Shown here: positions 23,528 to 35,082 of the stretch, in pieces
How positions within the stretch are numbered: the first letter of the stretch is position 1
Layout: every line of letters starts with the position of its first letter
Origin: Macrostomum lignano
Lineage: Eukaryota
Length of the DNA stretch: 64,000 nucleotides
Reading direction: 5' to 3'
Assembly: GCA_002269645.1 (NCBI GenBank)
Contig: NIVC01001321.1
Location: 90,858-154,857 of the forward strand
The notes under the pieces: model-generated
Databases searched by the model: none
What the model saw: only the letters and a program-made list of their open reading frames with translations
Told to the model about the DNA's origin: nothing
Position numbers and translations under genes: made by a program

Positions 23528-24391
23528 AAGCGCAAGGGGAACCGTTAGCGACCAGACTACTCCCTGGCCAAGCGTCCATCAGCACGGAGTTACACTGGGA
23601 CATTAGAGGGTGCGTTTATGGTCACACCAGGACCCGGCGCCAACGAATCAGCTCGGCAGGGCCCAAGGGGGCCTGCCTTAACACCCACGGGACGAGTACC
23701 CTTCGAAGTGCGCCTTGCAAGGTGAAAATCAGGAGACAGAGTCTCTTGAGCTATCAGCCCGCCAGGGGAGGCAGGTGTGAGCATCGCTGGCTGGGATAAA
23801 GGCCATACCAGTCTCATACTGCACAGATAGTTCACCACGCCATTACGTGCAGGACCCGGGGTCCTGGGGGCAACAGCCCCGGCAGCCTAGGAGCTAGGAC
23901 TAAAATATTTTCACTATGTACACCAAAGCAAAGTTATATGCTTTTTTATATTTGTATAATATATTTTAAGGCATATCATATACACATATTTGCATTATAT
24001 ATGTCATATACTAGAATATATACTAATCAACTTATGTATGTTAAAAATGGAAAGTAACCTTTATTGCATTCTAGGAAATCTTGGCATACATGTTGCCTTC
24101 CAAACTATGGCATATACACCCTTAATTATCCTAGCTAATAGTAGTACTGATTTTATAGCTAATAGAAGTAAAGCAATACAGAGTTAAATTATCTTGCTCA
24201 AGGATACAAATTGTTCTAAGCAGAATAGAAAATTGAACCCTTAACATTTAGGTTATGAGTCAGATATTCTAACATCTAGCACTAGGCTATAACCCCTATA
24301 GAATATAGCAAGACATTGAATAAACTTATTATAAATATTTGTAAGCCCTACAATAGCTAAAATCTGTCATTGTATCCAAGCATGCTTGGGC

Positions 24392-24543
24392 GCAACCTAG
24401 GGATTCACCCGGCTGTTTCTATTGGCAACACACACATGGAAGTCGCTATTGGACAGAATAGTAGTCACGTGGCTGCTCTCAGCCAATAGCGACTTACATG
24501 TGTGTGTTGCCAATAGAAACGGCCGGGTGAATCCCTAGGTTGC
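24392..24543. mobile_element. Near-perfect palindromic MITE (about 61-bp arms, 30-bp loop)
   Basis: The arms at 24392..24452 and 24483..24543 are reverse complements with 2 mismatches. Confidence 0.75.
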
Positions 24544-25516
24544 ACTGCACATGTATGTATCCAAGATTAGGGCTACTAGACAAGACAAAGCTATTGAGAC
24601 TATCTAGCAGAAATAAGGATAAGGATTTTGAGTAACTCAAAAAAAGGCTTTGCCAATCATATAGCTAAGCTAGATAGAAAAGACAAAAGGGTCAATGATG
24701 ACTAAGGGTCAAGCTAATAAGAAAGCCAAATAAACCAAGTAGTAATCAATAAAGTTAAGGCCATTGTATACTCCTATGCAATTGTGTTCCTAAGTATGAC
24801 TGTTTACATATTATGATGTCTGCACTTTATAGATATATATGGCCTAATACACTTAGTCAATACAAAATATCTATATTATCTAATAACTGCTATGCATCTA
24901 AAGCCTGCATATGGCCATTCAGTCCAAGGACTAGGAGGTTGCCACAGACACCCTCAATGACCCCAGCCAATGCTGGCACCCAATATACAATTTATAGCTG
25001 GGTGAACTGAAGCAATACAGAGTTAAGTATCTTGCTCAAGGACACTTTTAAATTGTTCTAGTGGGATTGGTAATCAAACCCCCACCTGTCAAGTTGTGAG
25101 TCTGACTCTAACCACTAGGCTAAAACCCCTCTAGGGTACAAATAGTAAACAGCAATAAGAAAAATCTAGCACAGAGCAACTATAGAGTAGTGCAACAACC
25201 CCAAAATCCATAATAGCTTTCCTATAGTTTCCAAGAACCTAATGGTAATTGTAGCATTTTCCTCTGGCTGGAACGTGACTATATATCATAGTCTATCCGA
25301 TTGTTTGAAACTCACTTCTATCTACAGAAGGCTAATAATTGTACTGGCAAGCTTTAAATGGGGATGCTAATCAATTAAAGCAATAAATCTTCGCTTTTTT
25401 ATACTATATTTAAAGTAAAAGCAAGAGATTTCTCACATATAAAAATTGTTTCTTGTTTAGAAAAAATCTTTTTTTTCTAATTATTCGCTAAGCAATGCTG
25501 CTGCCCGTCACTTCAG

Positions 25517-28500
25517 CTGCAGTCCATCGCCATCTCGGACCCGACTGTCGTGCGCCTCGAGCGATGGCGCGTGAAGCCGGGTCAATATGTGAACCCCACC
25601 GACTCGCTCGGCCTGTTGCGCACCTCGGCCGGCAAGGAGCTGCGCCTGTACCCGCCCAACGGCGGCCGCATTGTCCGCCTTCTGGTGTCGGACGGTTCAG
25701 CGGTGAAGCTTGGCGACGCCGTCTGCGAGCTGGAGCCGTGCGAGCACTCCATCGTGATGAAGGACCTCTGCGCCGAGTGCGGCCAGAACCTGCGTACTGA
25801 GAATGGCGCGCCAGGCGAACGGCGCCAATCGGCCCTAGCAACCGTTGCTATGGTGCACTGCATCCCGGAGCTGCACGTCAGCCAGGGCCGGGCGGAATGT
25901 CTCGCTGCCGAGGACGAAGACCTGCTGCTCAAACAGAGGAAGCTGGTGCTGCTGGTCGATCTGGACCAGACGGTGATTCACACCACCACGCAGAACGTGC
26001 CGCCCAAGCTGGCTAAAGTGCACCACTTTCAGCTGAAGCCGCCGGTGTGGTACCACACTCGAGTGCGACCAGGTGTTGAAGAATTTCTCGCCCGAATTTC
26101 TAGGTTCGTCTGAATTTTGCTTAACCCAAAGCTAAACTGAAATATCCCAGACTAGTAGAATCGCTGTGACAAAATCGCCCTGACATAATCGCCCTGACAG
26201 AATCTCCCTGACAGAATCGCCGAATCTAGAGTCGCCCAGTCCACAATTGCCCAATCCAGAATCGCCCTGACAAGATCGCCCAATCCAGAATCGCCCTGAC
26301 AAGATCGCCCAGTCCACAATTGCCCAATCCAGAATCGCCCTGACAAGATCGCCCAATCCAGAATCGCCCAATCCAGAATCGCCCTGACAAGATCGCCCAG
26401 TCCACAATTGCCCAATCCAGAATCGCCCTGACAAGATCGCCCAATCCAGAATCGCCCTGACAAGATCGCCCAGTCCACAATTGCCCAATCCAGAATCGCC
26501 CTGACAAGATCGCCCAATCCAGAATCGCCCTGGCAAGATCGCCCAATCCAGAATCGCCCTAAACCCCCACAGCCTGTACGAGCTGCACATCATCAGCTTC
26601 GGCAACCGGCCCTACGCCCACAAGATCGCCAGCCTGATTGACCCGGAGAAGCGCTATTTCTCGCACAGAATTCTTAGCCGAGACGAATGCTACAATCCGC
26701 TAACAAAGACCGCCAATTTGAAGTCTTTATTCCCGCGCGGCGATCATATGATTGTCATCATTGACGACCGGGACGAGGTCTGGGACTCGATGCCCAGTCT
26801 GATCCACGTCAAACCCTACCAGTTCTTCGAGGGCACTGAGGATATCAATTGCCCGCCGGGCTCCGCTGTCCCAGCCTCCAAAGCCGACCCAATGGACCTG
26901 GTTGAGAAGGCCATGGAGCACCAGCACCCGCAGCCGGAGAAACAGCAGGAGCAGCAGCCGCAGGATCCCAATCAGCCTATTGAGTGGCCGGACAATGACA
27001 GGTAAGTGAAACTGTGTGGACCTATTTGCCTGCAGGCATTCAGTTCTGTGTCCGATCCGGAGTACCACTGCCTGGTAGGAATTCCCTGTCCAGAATACCG
27101 TCTGGTAGGAATTCCCCTATCTGGTAGGAATTCCCCTCCATCTAATTCCACTGTCTGGTAGGAATTCCTCTCTCGAATTCCACTGTCTGGTAGGAATTCC
27201 TCTCTATCGAATTCCACTGTCTGGTAGGAAGTCTCCTCTATCGAATTCCCCTGTCTGGTAGGAATTCCCTTCCATCTAATTCCACTGTCTCGTAGGAATT
27301 CCCTCTATCGAATTCCCCTGTCTGGTAGGAATTCCTCTCTATCGAATTCCACTGTCTGGTAGGAATTCCTCTCTATCGAATTCCACTGTCTGGTAGGAAT
27401 TCCTCTCTATAGAATTCCAATGTCTGGTAGGAAGTCTCCTCTATCGAATTCCCCTGTCTGGTAGGAATTCCCTTCCATCTAATTCCACTGTCTCGTAGGA
27501 ATTCCCTCTATCGAATTCCCCTGTCTGGTAGGAATTCCCCTCCATCTAATTCCACTGTCTGTTAGGAATTCCCTCTATCGAATTCTACTGTCTGGTAGGA
27601 AGTCTCCTCTATCGAATTCCACTGTCTGGTAGGAATTCCCTTCCATCTAATTCTACTTTCTAGTAGGAATTCCCTTCCATCTAATTCCACTGTCTCGTAG
27701 GAATTCCCTCTATCGAATTCTACTGTCTGGTAGGAAGTCTCCTCTATCGAATTCCACTGTCTGGTAGGAATTCCCCTCTATCAAATTCTACTTTCTAGTA
27801 GGAATTCCCTTCCATCTAATTCCACTGTCTCGTAGGAATTCCCTCTATCGAATTCCCCTGTCTGGTAGGAATTCCTCTCTATCGAATTCCACTGTCTGGT
27901 AGGAATTCCCCTCTATCGAATTCTACTGTCTGGTAGGAAGTCTTCTCTTTCGAATTCCACTGTCTGGTAGGAATTCCTCTCTATCGAATTCCACTGTCTG
28001 GTAGGAATTCCTCTCTATCGAATTCCACTGTCTGGTAGGAATTCCTCTCTATCGAATTCCACTGTCTGGTAGGAAGTCTCCTCTATCGAATTCCCCTGTC
28101 TGGTAGGAATTCCCTTCCATCTAATTCCACTGTCTCGTAGGAATCCTTCTATCGAATTCCCCTGTCTGGTGGGAATTCCCCTCCATCTAATTCCACTGTC
28201 TGTTAGGAATTCCCTCTATCGAATTCTACTGTCTGGTAGGAAGTCTCCTCTATCGAATTCCACTGTCTGGTAGGAATTCCCCTCTATCAAATTCTACTTT
28301 CTGGTAGGAATTCCCCTCTATCGAATTCCCCTGTCTGGTAGGAATTCCCCTCTATCGAATTCTACTGTCCGGTAGGAAGTCTCCTCTATCGAATTCCACT
28401 TTCTGGTAGGAATTCCCCTCTATCAAATTCTACTTTCTGGTAGGAATTCCCCTCTATCGAATTCCTACTTTCTGGTAGGAATTCCCCTCTATCGAATTCT

Positions 28501-30457
28501 ACTGTCTGGTAGGAATTCCCCTCTATCGAATTCTACTGTCTGGTAGGAATTCCCCTCTATCAAATTCCCCTGTCTGGTAGGAATTCCCTCCATCGAATTT
28601 CACTGTCTGGTAGGAATTCCCCTCTATCGAATTCCCCTGTCTGGTAGGAATTCCCTCTATCGAATTTCACTGTCTGGTAGGAAGTCTCCTCTATCGAATT
28701 CTACTGTCTGGTAGGAATTCCCCTCTATCGAATTCCCCTGTCTGGTAGGAATTCCCTCTATCAAATTTCACTGTCTGGTAGGAAGTCTCCTCTATCGAAT
28801 TCTACTGTCTGGTAGGAATTCCCCCTGTCTAGAATTCCCCCGTCCAATCGCCCTGCGTTCGCATTTCTTATTGGGTATTTCCAAATTCCCTCTGTTTAGA
28901 ATTCTTTTTCCTGTTGTCTAATATCAATCGTGCGAGCCCCGCGCCGTGCCCACAGGTACCTTTACCGGCTGGCCGACATCCTGACGGACATCCACTCTGA
29001 ATATTATCGCCGACTGGACGCGTCCACTGGCACCGACGGTGGCGGCGGCGGCGATTCAGCGACGGCGGCGACAGCGTCAACTAAGGCGAAGCCGCCAGAG
29101 TCGCGGCAGGTGTGCACCAAGCTGCGCGGCCAGGTGCTCCGCGGCTGCCGCCTGGTGTTCAGCGGCCTGTTCCCTACCAGCCTGCCGCCGGAGAAGAGCA
29201 AAGCCTACCAGATTGCCACCGGCCTGGGCGCCGAGGTGCAGGCAGACGTGCAGCTGGGCAGCAAAGTGGCTCAGGTATTGTGCTGTCAGTTTGTGCTATC
29301 AGCTGTGCTATCAGCTGTTTTATCAACTGTGTTATCAGCTGTGCCATCAGCTATGCCATCGTTCAAAATGTCAGTCAGTATTAGAAGTCGCACTCGAGTC
29401 AAGCGGGCCACCCGTCTCCCACCCGCAGGACAGCCGCACCACTCACCTGGTGGCTGCCAAGAGCGGTACATCGAAATTCCACCGGGCCCGCAAGGCCCAG
29501 CCGGAATCGCCTGACGGCTGCAGCATCGTGAACCCCGAGTGGCTGTGGACCTGCTACTACGAATGGCGCCGCTGCCCGGAGGCCGACTTCCCTGTCGTCG
29601 CCGACGTCGACTATCTGGGCTTGCGGCGCGACTCCCGGCAGCGCCGGGACAGCGAGGTCAAGCGGTACAAGTCGGACAGGAAGCGCCGCCGCCAGGAGTC
29701 CCTAGTGGTGACGCCGGAGGAGGCGACAGCAAAAGAGGACGGCGACGAAGAGGCTGAGAATTCTGGAGCTGCGACCGCGGCGGCGGCGACAGCACTCTCG
29801 GTGTCCAAGGAGGCGCCTCCAGCGGCTCCGCCGGCGGCTTCAAGCAGCGGCGGCGGCAGTAGCCAGCAGCGACGTTTTGAACTGGCCGAAAATCCGCTGC
29901 TCAGCATGTCCCCAAGCGACCTGAGGAGCCTGCAGGACGAGGTCGACGCCGAGCTGGAGGGAATTTCTTCCTCATCGTCTTCGTCGTCCTCCTCCAGCTC
30001 GGAGTCGGAGGCCCGGCTGCGTCGCAAAGTTCTCCGGTTCAGCTCCGGCGAGGCCTCCGGTAAGTCGGTCGCTTCTGGCGGCACTTCAAAGCGGAAGCTG
30101 GCCAAGAAGATGAAGGAGCTGAAGAGACGAGGTGGCGACGGCAAGCGGGCTGCGGCGGCTGCGGCAGATTCCACCGATGACGAAGAGGACGAAGAGGAGT
30201 CTGGCGGATCGATGGAGAACGGCGCCGGAGCGGCGGCAGCGCCCGGCGAGGACCGCGACTGGGGCGAGGGCTGCAAGGAGGGCTACGATTACGCTGATGC
30301 CGAGGCCAATTTCCACGTGCTTGGCGGCGACGTCGACTCGAGCACGGACGAGGGCGAGGATCAGGATGATGAAGACGACGACGAAGATGATGAAGCTGAC
30401 TCTATTGAGGCTGGGGAGCGGCGCCGGCGCCGGCGAAAACGGGAATGGCGCCGCTAG
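25517..30457 (+). CDS. CTDP1: RNA polymerase II CTD phosphatase FCP1 (FCPH + BRCT + acidic tail); 5' end uncertain
   Basis: Exons are about 25517..26103, 26573..27001, 28956..29274 and 29429..30457, GT-AG with consistent phases. The catalytic motif is LVDLDQTVIH (DxDxT), with RILSRDEC and IIDDRDEVW. The BRCT domain shows VFSGLFP...THLVAA...VNPEWLW. The first visible exon has no in-frame ATG. Confidence 0.9.
26150..26560. repeat. Composite array filling FCP1 intron 1
   Basis: The subunits are AATCGCCCTGACAAGATCGCCC, AATCCAG and AGTCCACAATTGCCC. Confidence 0.9.
27060..28835. repeat. ~34-35-bp partly self-complementary array filling FCP1 intron 2
   Basis: The unit is TCGAATTCCACTGTCTGGTAGGAATTCCTCTCTA. 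Confidence 0.95.
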
Positions 30458-30579
30458 AGACTTTGAACCCATGCACCTGTTGTGAATTGCCGTCGGCTAA
30501 AGAAGTCTAAATTTTACTTTTTAAAACTTTTCAAATCGGCCTCTGCAATTTCGTAAAATCGCTATCCAATCCAGTAGAA

Positions 30580-30840
30580 TCACTCCTGCAACCCGGTAAA
30601 ATCACTCCTGCAACCCGGTAGAATCCCCCCCTGCAACCCGGTAGAATCGCCCCCTGCAACCCGGTAGAATCGCCCCCTGCAACCCGGTAGAATCGCCCCC
30701 TGCAACCCGGTAGAATCGCCCCCTGCAACCCGGTAGAATCGCCCCCTGCAACCCGGTAGAATCGCCCCCTGCAACCCGGTAGAATCGCCCCCTGCAACCC
30801 GGTAGAATCGCCCCCTGCAACCCGGTAGAATCGCCCCCTA
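30580..30840. repeat. 23-bp array just downstream of the FCP1 stop
   Basis: The unit is CTGCAACCCGGTAGAATCGCCCC. Confidence 0.95.
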
Positions 30841-31354
30841 GAAATTTCACATCGTCCAGTGAATTTTCCAGCATCCCTGAGCCTCATCAGTTCACCCGAT
30901 GGGAATTAGCATTGTTTTTGCTATTTTCTCGTTATCAATGAAGGACACGACGGCTCTCTGCTTCACACAATTCATTAATATTCTTTTCCTTCGTAATTTG
31001 CCGCATTTTTGATCCCTTATTCTTTGCATCTACTTTTAGTAGTAAAAAATAGGTTAAATTAGATTAGCAGCGTCATCTAACGTTTGAATTTCTACTGTGT
31101 TGTTCAGCATAGGCTAATTATGTTATTTTCTAATCAATAATTTAGTAATGAGTAATTAATTTAATATATAAATATATAACTATATTATTTATTTAGTAAA
31201 CGAGTTTATAGTACCGAGATAAAAACTGATTAAACAGAAATTCTGCCCTGCCCTCCTAATTTTTATTCCTCACGTGCGGCCTTTGAGTCGAAATACAAGC
31301 TGGGTCTTGACACAGGAACACAGGCTGCGGTTAAATTGGTTTGGGCCCAAATAT

Positions 31355-32880
31355 GACTCAGGAACACTAGAAATGACTCAGGAACACTAGAAATCACTCA
31401 GACACACTAGAAATCACTCAGGCACACTAGAAATCACTCAGGCACACTAGAAATCACTCAGGCACACTAGAAATGCCTCAGGCACACTAGGAATGACTCA
31501 GGCACACTAGAAATGACTCAGGCACACTAGAAATGCCTCAGGCACACTAGGAATGACTCAGGCACACTAGAAATGACTCAGGCACACTAGAAATGACTCA
31601 GGCACACTAGAAATGACACAGGCACACTAGAAATGACTCAGGCACACTAGAAATGACTCAGGAACACTAGAAATGACTCAGGAACACTAGAAATGACTCA
31701 GACACACTAGAAATGACTCAGGCACACTAGAAATGACTCAGGCACACTAGAAATGACTCAGGCACACTAGAAATGACTCAGACACACTAGAAATGACTCA
31801 GGAACACTAGAAATGACTCAGACACACTAGAAATGACTCAGGCACACTAGAAATGACTCAGGAACACTAGAAATGACTCAGACACACTAGAAATGACTCA
31901 GGCACACTAGATGAAGTGACGGTTGATTGGTTTGTGAGCTGGGTAACTGTGGGGGGCTTGTTTATTTAACTTCGCTTTGTCACCTTGTTTGCAGCTTGCG
32001 ATCTGCGTGTACTCAGTAAATCATTGTGTACTCTATGCGTACTCTACTCTGTTCCACGTGCATCTTTGCGCTAGCCATTGCCTCGCCCCTTAAGTCTCTA
32101 CCATTTTGTACTCTCTCCACTCACAGTGTCAGTGCATCAGTGAAATTCAATATTTACAATATTTAAGCTATTTCTCTCGGTCTTTAACTCGTCAGGTAAC
32201 TTTGGCTATTCTACAAATATATCGCAAGCATTCACATTCGTTATTAAGCAACAATCAGCTCCTGACTTTCGCGTCACGTCACTAGAAATGACTCAGACAC
32301 ACTAGAAATGACTCAGACACGCTAGAAATGACTCAGACACACTAGAAATGACTCAGACACACTAGAAATGACTCAGACACACTAGAAATGACTCAGACAC
32401 GCTAGAAATGACTCAGGCACACTAGAAATGACTCAGGCACACTAGAAATGACTCAGACACGCTAGAAATGACTCAGACACACTAGAAATGACTCAGGCAC
32501 ACTAGAAATGACTCAGGCACACTAGAAATGACTCAGACACACTAGAAATCACTCAGTCACACTAGAAATGACTCAGGCACACTAGAAATGACTCAGGCAC
32601 ACTAGAAATGACTCAGACACACTAGAAATGACTCAGGCACACTAGAAATGACTCAGGCACACTAGAAATGACTCAGACACACTAGAAATCACTCAGTCAC
32701 ACTAGAAATGACTCAGGCACACTAGAAATGACTCAGGCACACTAGAAATGACTCAGGCACACTAGAAATGACTCAGGCACACTAGAAATGACTCAGGCAC
32801 ACTAGAAATGACTCAGGCACACTAGAAATGACTCAGGCACACTAGAAATGACTCAGGCACACCGCACACTAGAAATGACT
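31355..32880. repeat. 20-bp array interrupted by a ~370-bp unique insert (about 31911..32277)
   Basis: The unit is ACTAGAAATGACTCAGGCAC. Confidence 0.95.
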
Positions 32881-33129
32881 GGTTTGGAATACATGCCAAA
32901 CTGTGCAGTAGATAGGCAGCTACTGTAGCCAATTAAGTAAGTGTCGCTATATTTTTGGCGTTCAACGAAAACTGGAGAGTAAACAATGAATGGTTACTCA
33001 TTTTGCAAGTTTTTTCATGCAGTAAGTGCTTCTGTCAATCAAATTCATTTTATAGCAAACGCTTAATAGAAAGTTGGGTAAAATAATTCAGCACATTCTC
33101 ATTGCCTGCGGGGTTGCGGCACAAGTTTC

Positions 33130-33890
33130 AAACCGGACTCTCCCCAGCTGTCAAACCGGACTCTCCCCAGCTGTCAAACCGGACTCTCCCAGCCCCAGCT
33201 GTCAAACCGGACTCTCCCCAGCTGTCAAACCGGACTCTCCCCAGCTGTCAAACCGGACTCTCCCCAGCTGTCAAACCGGACTCTCCCCAGCTGTCAAACC
33301 GGACTCTCCCCAGCTGTCAAACCGGACTCTCCCCAGCTGTCAAACCGGACTCTCCCCAGCTGTCAAACCGGACTCCCCAGCTGTCAAACCGGACTCTCCC
33401 CAGCTGTCAAACCGGACTCTCCCCAGCTGTCAAACCGGACTCTCCCCAGCTGTCAAACCGGACTCCCCAGCTGTCAAACCGGACTCTCCCCAGCTGTCAA
33501 ACCGGACTCTCCCCAGCTGTCAAACCGGACTCTCCCCAGCTGTCAAACCGGACTCCCCAGCTGTCAAACTGGACTCTCCCCAGCTGTCAAACCGGACTCT
33601 CCCCAGTTGTCAAACCGGACTCCCCAGCTGTCAAACCGGACTCTCCCCAGTTGTCAAACCGGACTCTCCCCAGTTGTCAAACCGGACTCCCCAGCTGTCA
33701 AACCGGACTCTCCCCAGCTGTCAAACCGGACTCTCCCCAGCTGTCAAACCGGACTCTCCCCAGCTGTCAAACTGGACTCCCCAGCTGTCAAACTGGACTC
33801 TCCCCAGCTGTCAAACCGGACTCTCCCCAGCTGTCAAACCGGACTCTCCCCAGCTGTCAAACTGGACTCCCCAGCTGTCAAACCGGACTC
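33130..33890. repeat. 23-bp (and 21-bp) array abutting the calmodulin-like stop codon
   Basis: The unit is TCAAACCGGACTCTCCCCAGCTG. Confidence 0.95.
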
Positions 33891-33898
33891 TCCGCTGC

Positions 33899-35082
33899 CT
33901 AAGCGGACTCCAGGAAGTCGGCAGCCTTAGAAAACTCCTCAACCGCGATCTGCCCATCCTTGTCCGTGTCCAGCGCCTCAAACATTTCGTCCAACTCGCG
34001 CTTCCCGACGCTCGTCTCAACGAACATCAGCGCCTCCCGGGCCTCCGCCCGCGTGATCTGGCCGTTGCCGTTGCGATCCAGCGAGTGGAAAATCTGCGAC
34101 ATTTCAACGTCGCGCGGCACCGGCTTGCTGGACTTCATCATCGCGCAGAAGTTCTCAAAGTTCACCCCGCCAATGTCGTTGGGATCGTGCGCCCGGATCA
34201 TGGCGCAGACCTCCTTGCGGGTGGCGAACATGTTCAGCTGTTTGAGCAGCCGGTTCAGGTCCGCGAAGTCAATGAGGCCGTCTTTGTTCAGGTCCACCAG
34301 CTTGAACATCTCCGCCAGGCGGGCCGTCTCCGGGTCATCGAAGTATCTCTGGGTGGCTCGGTGAGCCCGATCGGACAAGACTGAGATCCTGGAGGGTGGC
34401 GGGCGAGGAGCGGGCGGGAGATGCGGACACGCATGCGCAACACCCGATCGGGCCGGCTGGCAGGGGCCCAGCCAAGGTAAGTCGCAAAAATGTCCAGCCC
34501 ACCCGAAAAAGACGTAGTTGTTTTAATTACAGTAGATGACGAAGCATTTAGCCTTAATAATACAGTTATAGTTACTCCTGCCGTTTATCCAAAACTAGCA
34601 AAATTTTAGAATTGGTCAAAAAGTAAGTTGCACGGCCGGTGTAAATCATGGGGGGGTTGCGCATTTATGGATGCGGATCTGGGATGGGGTTGAGAGATTG
34701 ATATTTGAGAATTTGAGAATGGTGTACTTGGAGATTGGCGATCCATGGCCATGGGATGAGGCTTTGGAGATGTGATCTGGGATTTTATTGGAAATCTGCG
34801 ATGAGGAACTGGGGATGGGGATCGGAATCTTCAGTAAGGTGAGGTGGATCTTCAGTCTCTCTCACCTTGTGGAATATTTCGGCTGCTGGCTGACCTGAGG
34901 CATCGAGGAGCCGGACAGCCTGGGCAGTTAAGAAAGGCATTGAGGTGCGCCGGTGAAAAATTGCTTTAGATTGCTAAGATTTGTATCCACAGTCAGAAAA
35001 GCAGCAGAGAGTTGGCTCACCTGGCGGATGGCAGCCGCTTAGACTGCCTGTTCATGGGAAACATTTTCACAGAGTTCCTCAT
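33899..35082 (-). CDS. Calmodulin-like protein with four EF hands and an N-terminal extension, about 201 aa
   Basis: The model is complement(35021..35082, 34866..34919, 33899..34388). All introns are GT-AG phase 2 and the total is 606 nt. EF loops are DLNKDGLIDFADL, DPNDIGGVNFENF, DRNGNGQITRAEA and DTDKDGQIAVEEF. The last exon is certain; the two small exons are inferred. Confidence 0.85.

Larger units (their letters stand above)
18072..23883 (-). mobile_element. Full-length non-LTR retrotransposon, LOA-like (APE-RT-RNase H)
   Basis: The identical 12-mer AGCCTAGGAGCT at 18060..18071 and 23884..23895 is a target-site duplication. There are two uninterrupted ORFs, and the sense 3' tail is TAAGTCAAGTAAGTCA. 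The element is GC-rich inside an AT-rich host. Confidence 0.93.

Noticed and set aside
18026-23838. Numerous overlapping antisense and alternate-frame ORFs in the LINE
   Set aside because: They are shadows of GC-rich coding sequence with no recognisable motifs.
27060-28835. CRISPR-like palindromic ~35-bp repeats
   Set aside because: There are no unique spacers and no cas genes, and the array lies in a eukaryotic intron. The same applies to the 36-, 37- and 43-bp arrays in CAD introns.
33074-34384. 436-aa plus-strand ORF
   Set aside because: It is the 23-bp array fused to the antisense of the calmodulin-like exon.
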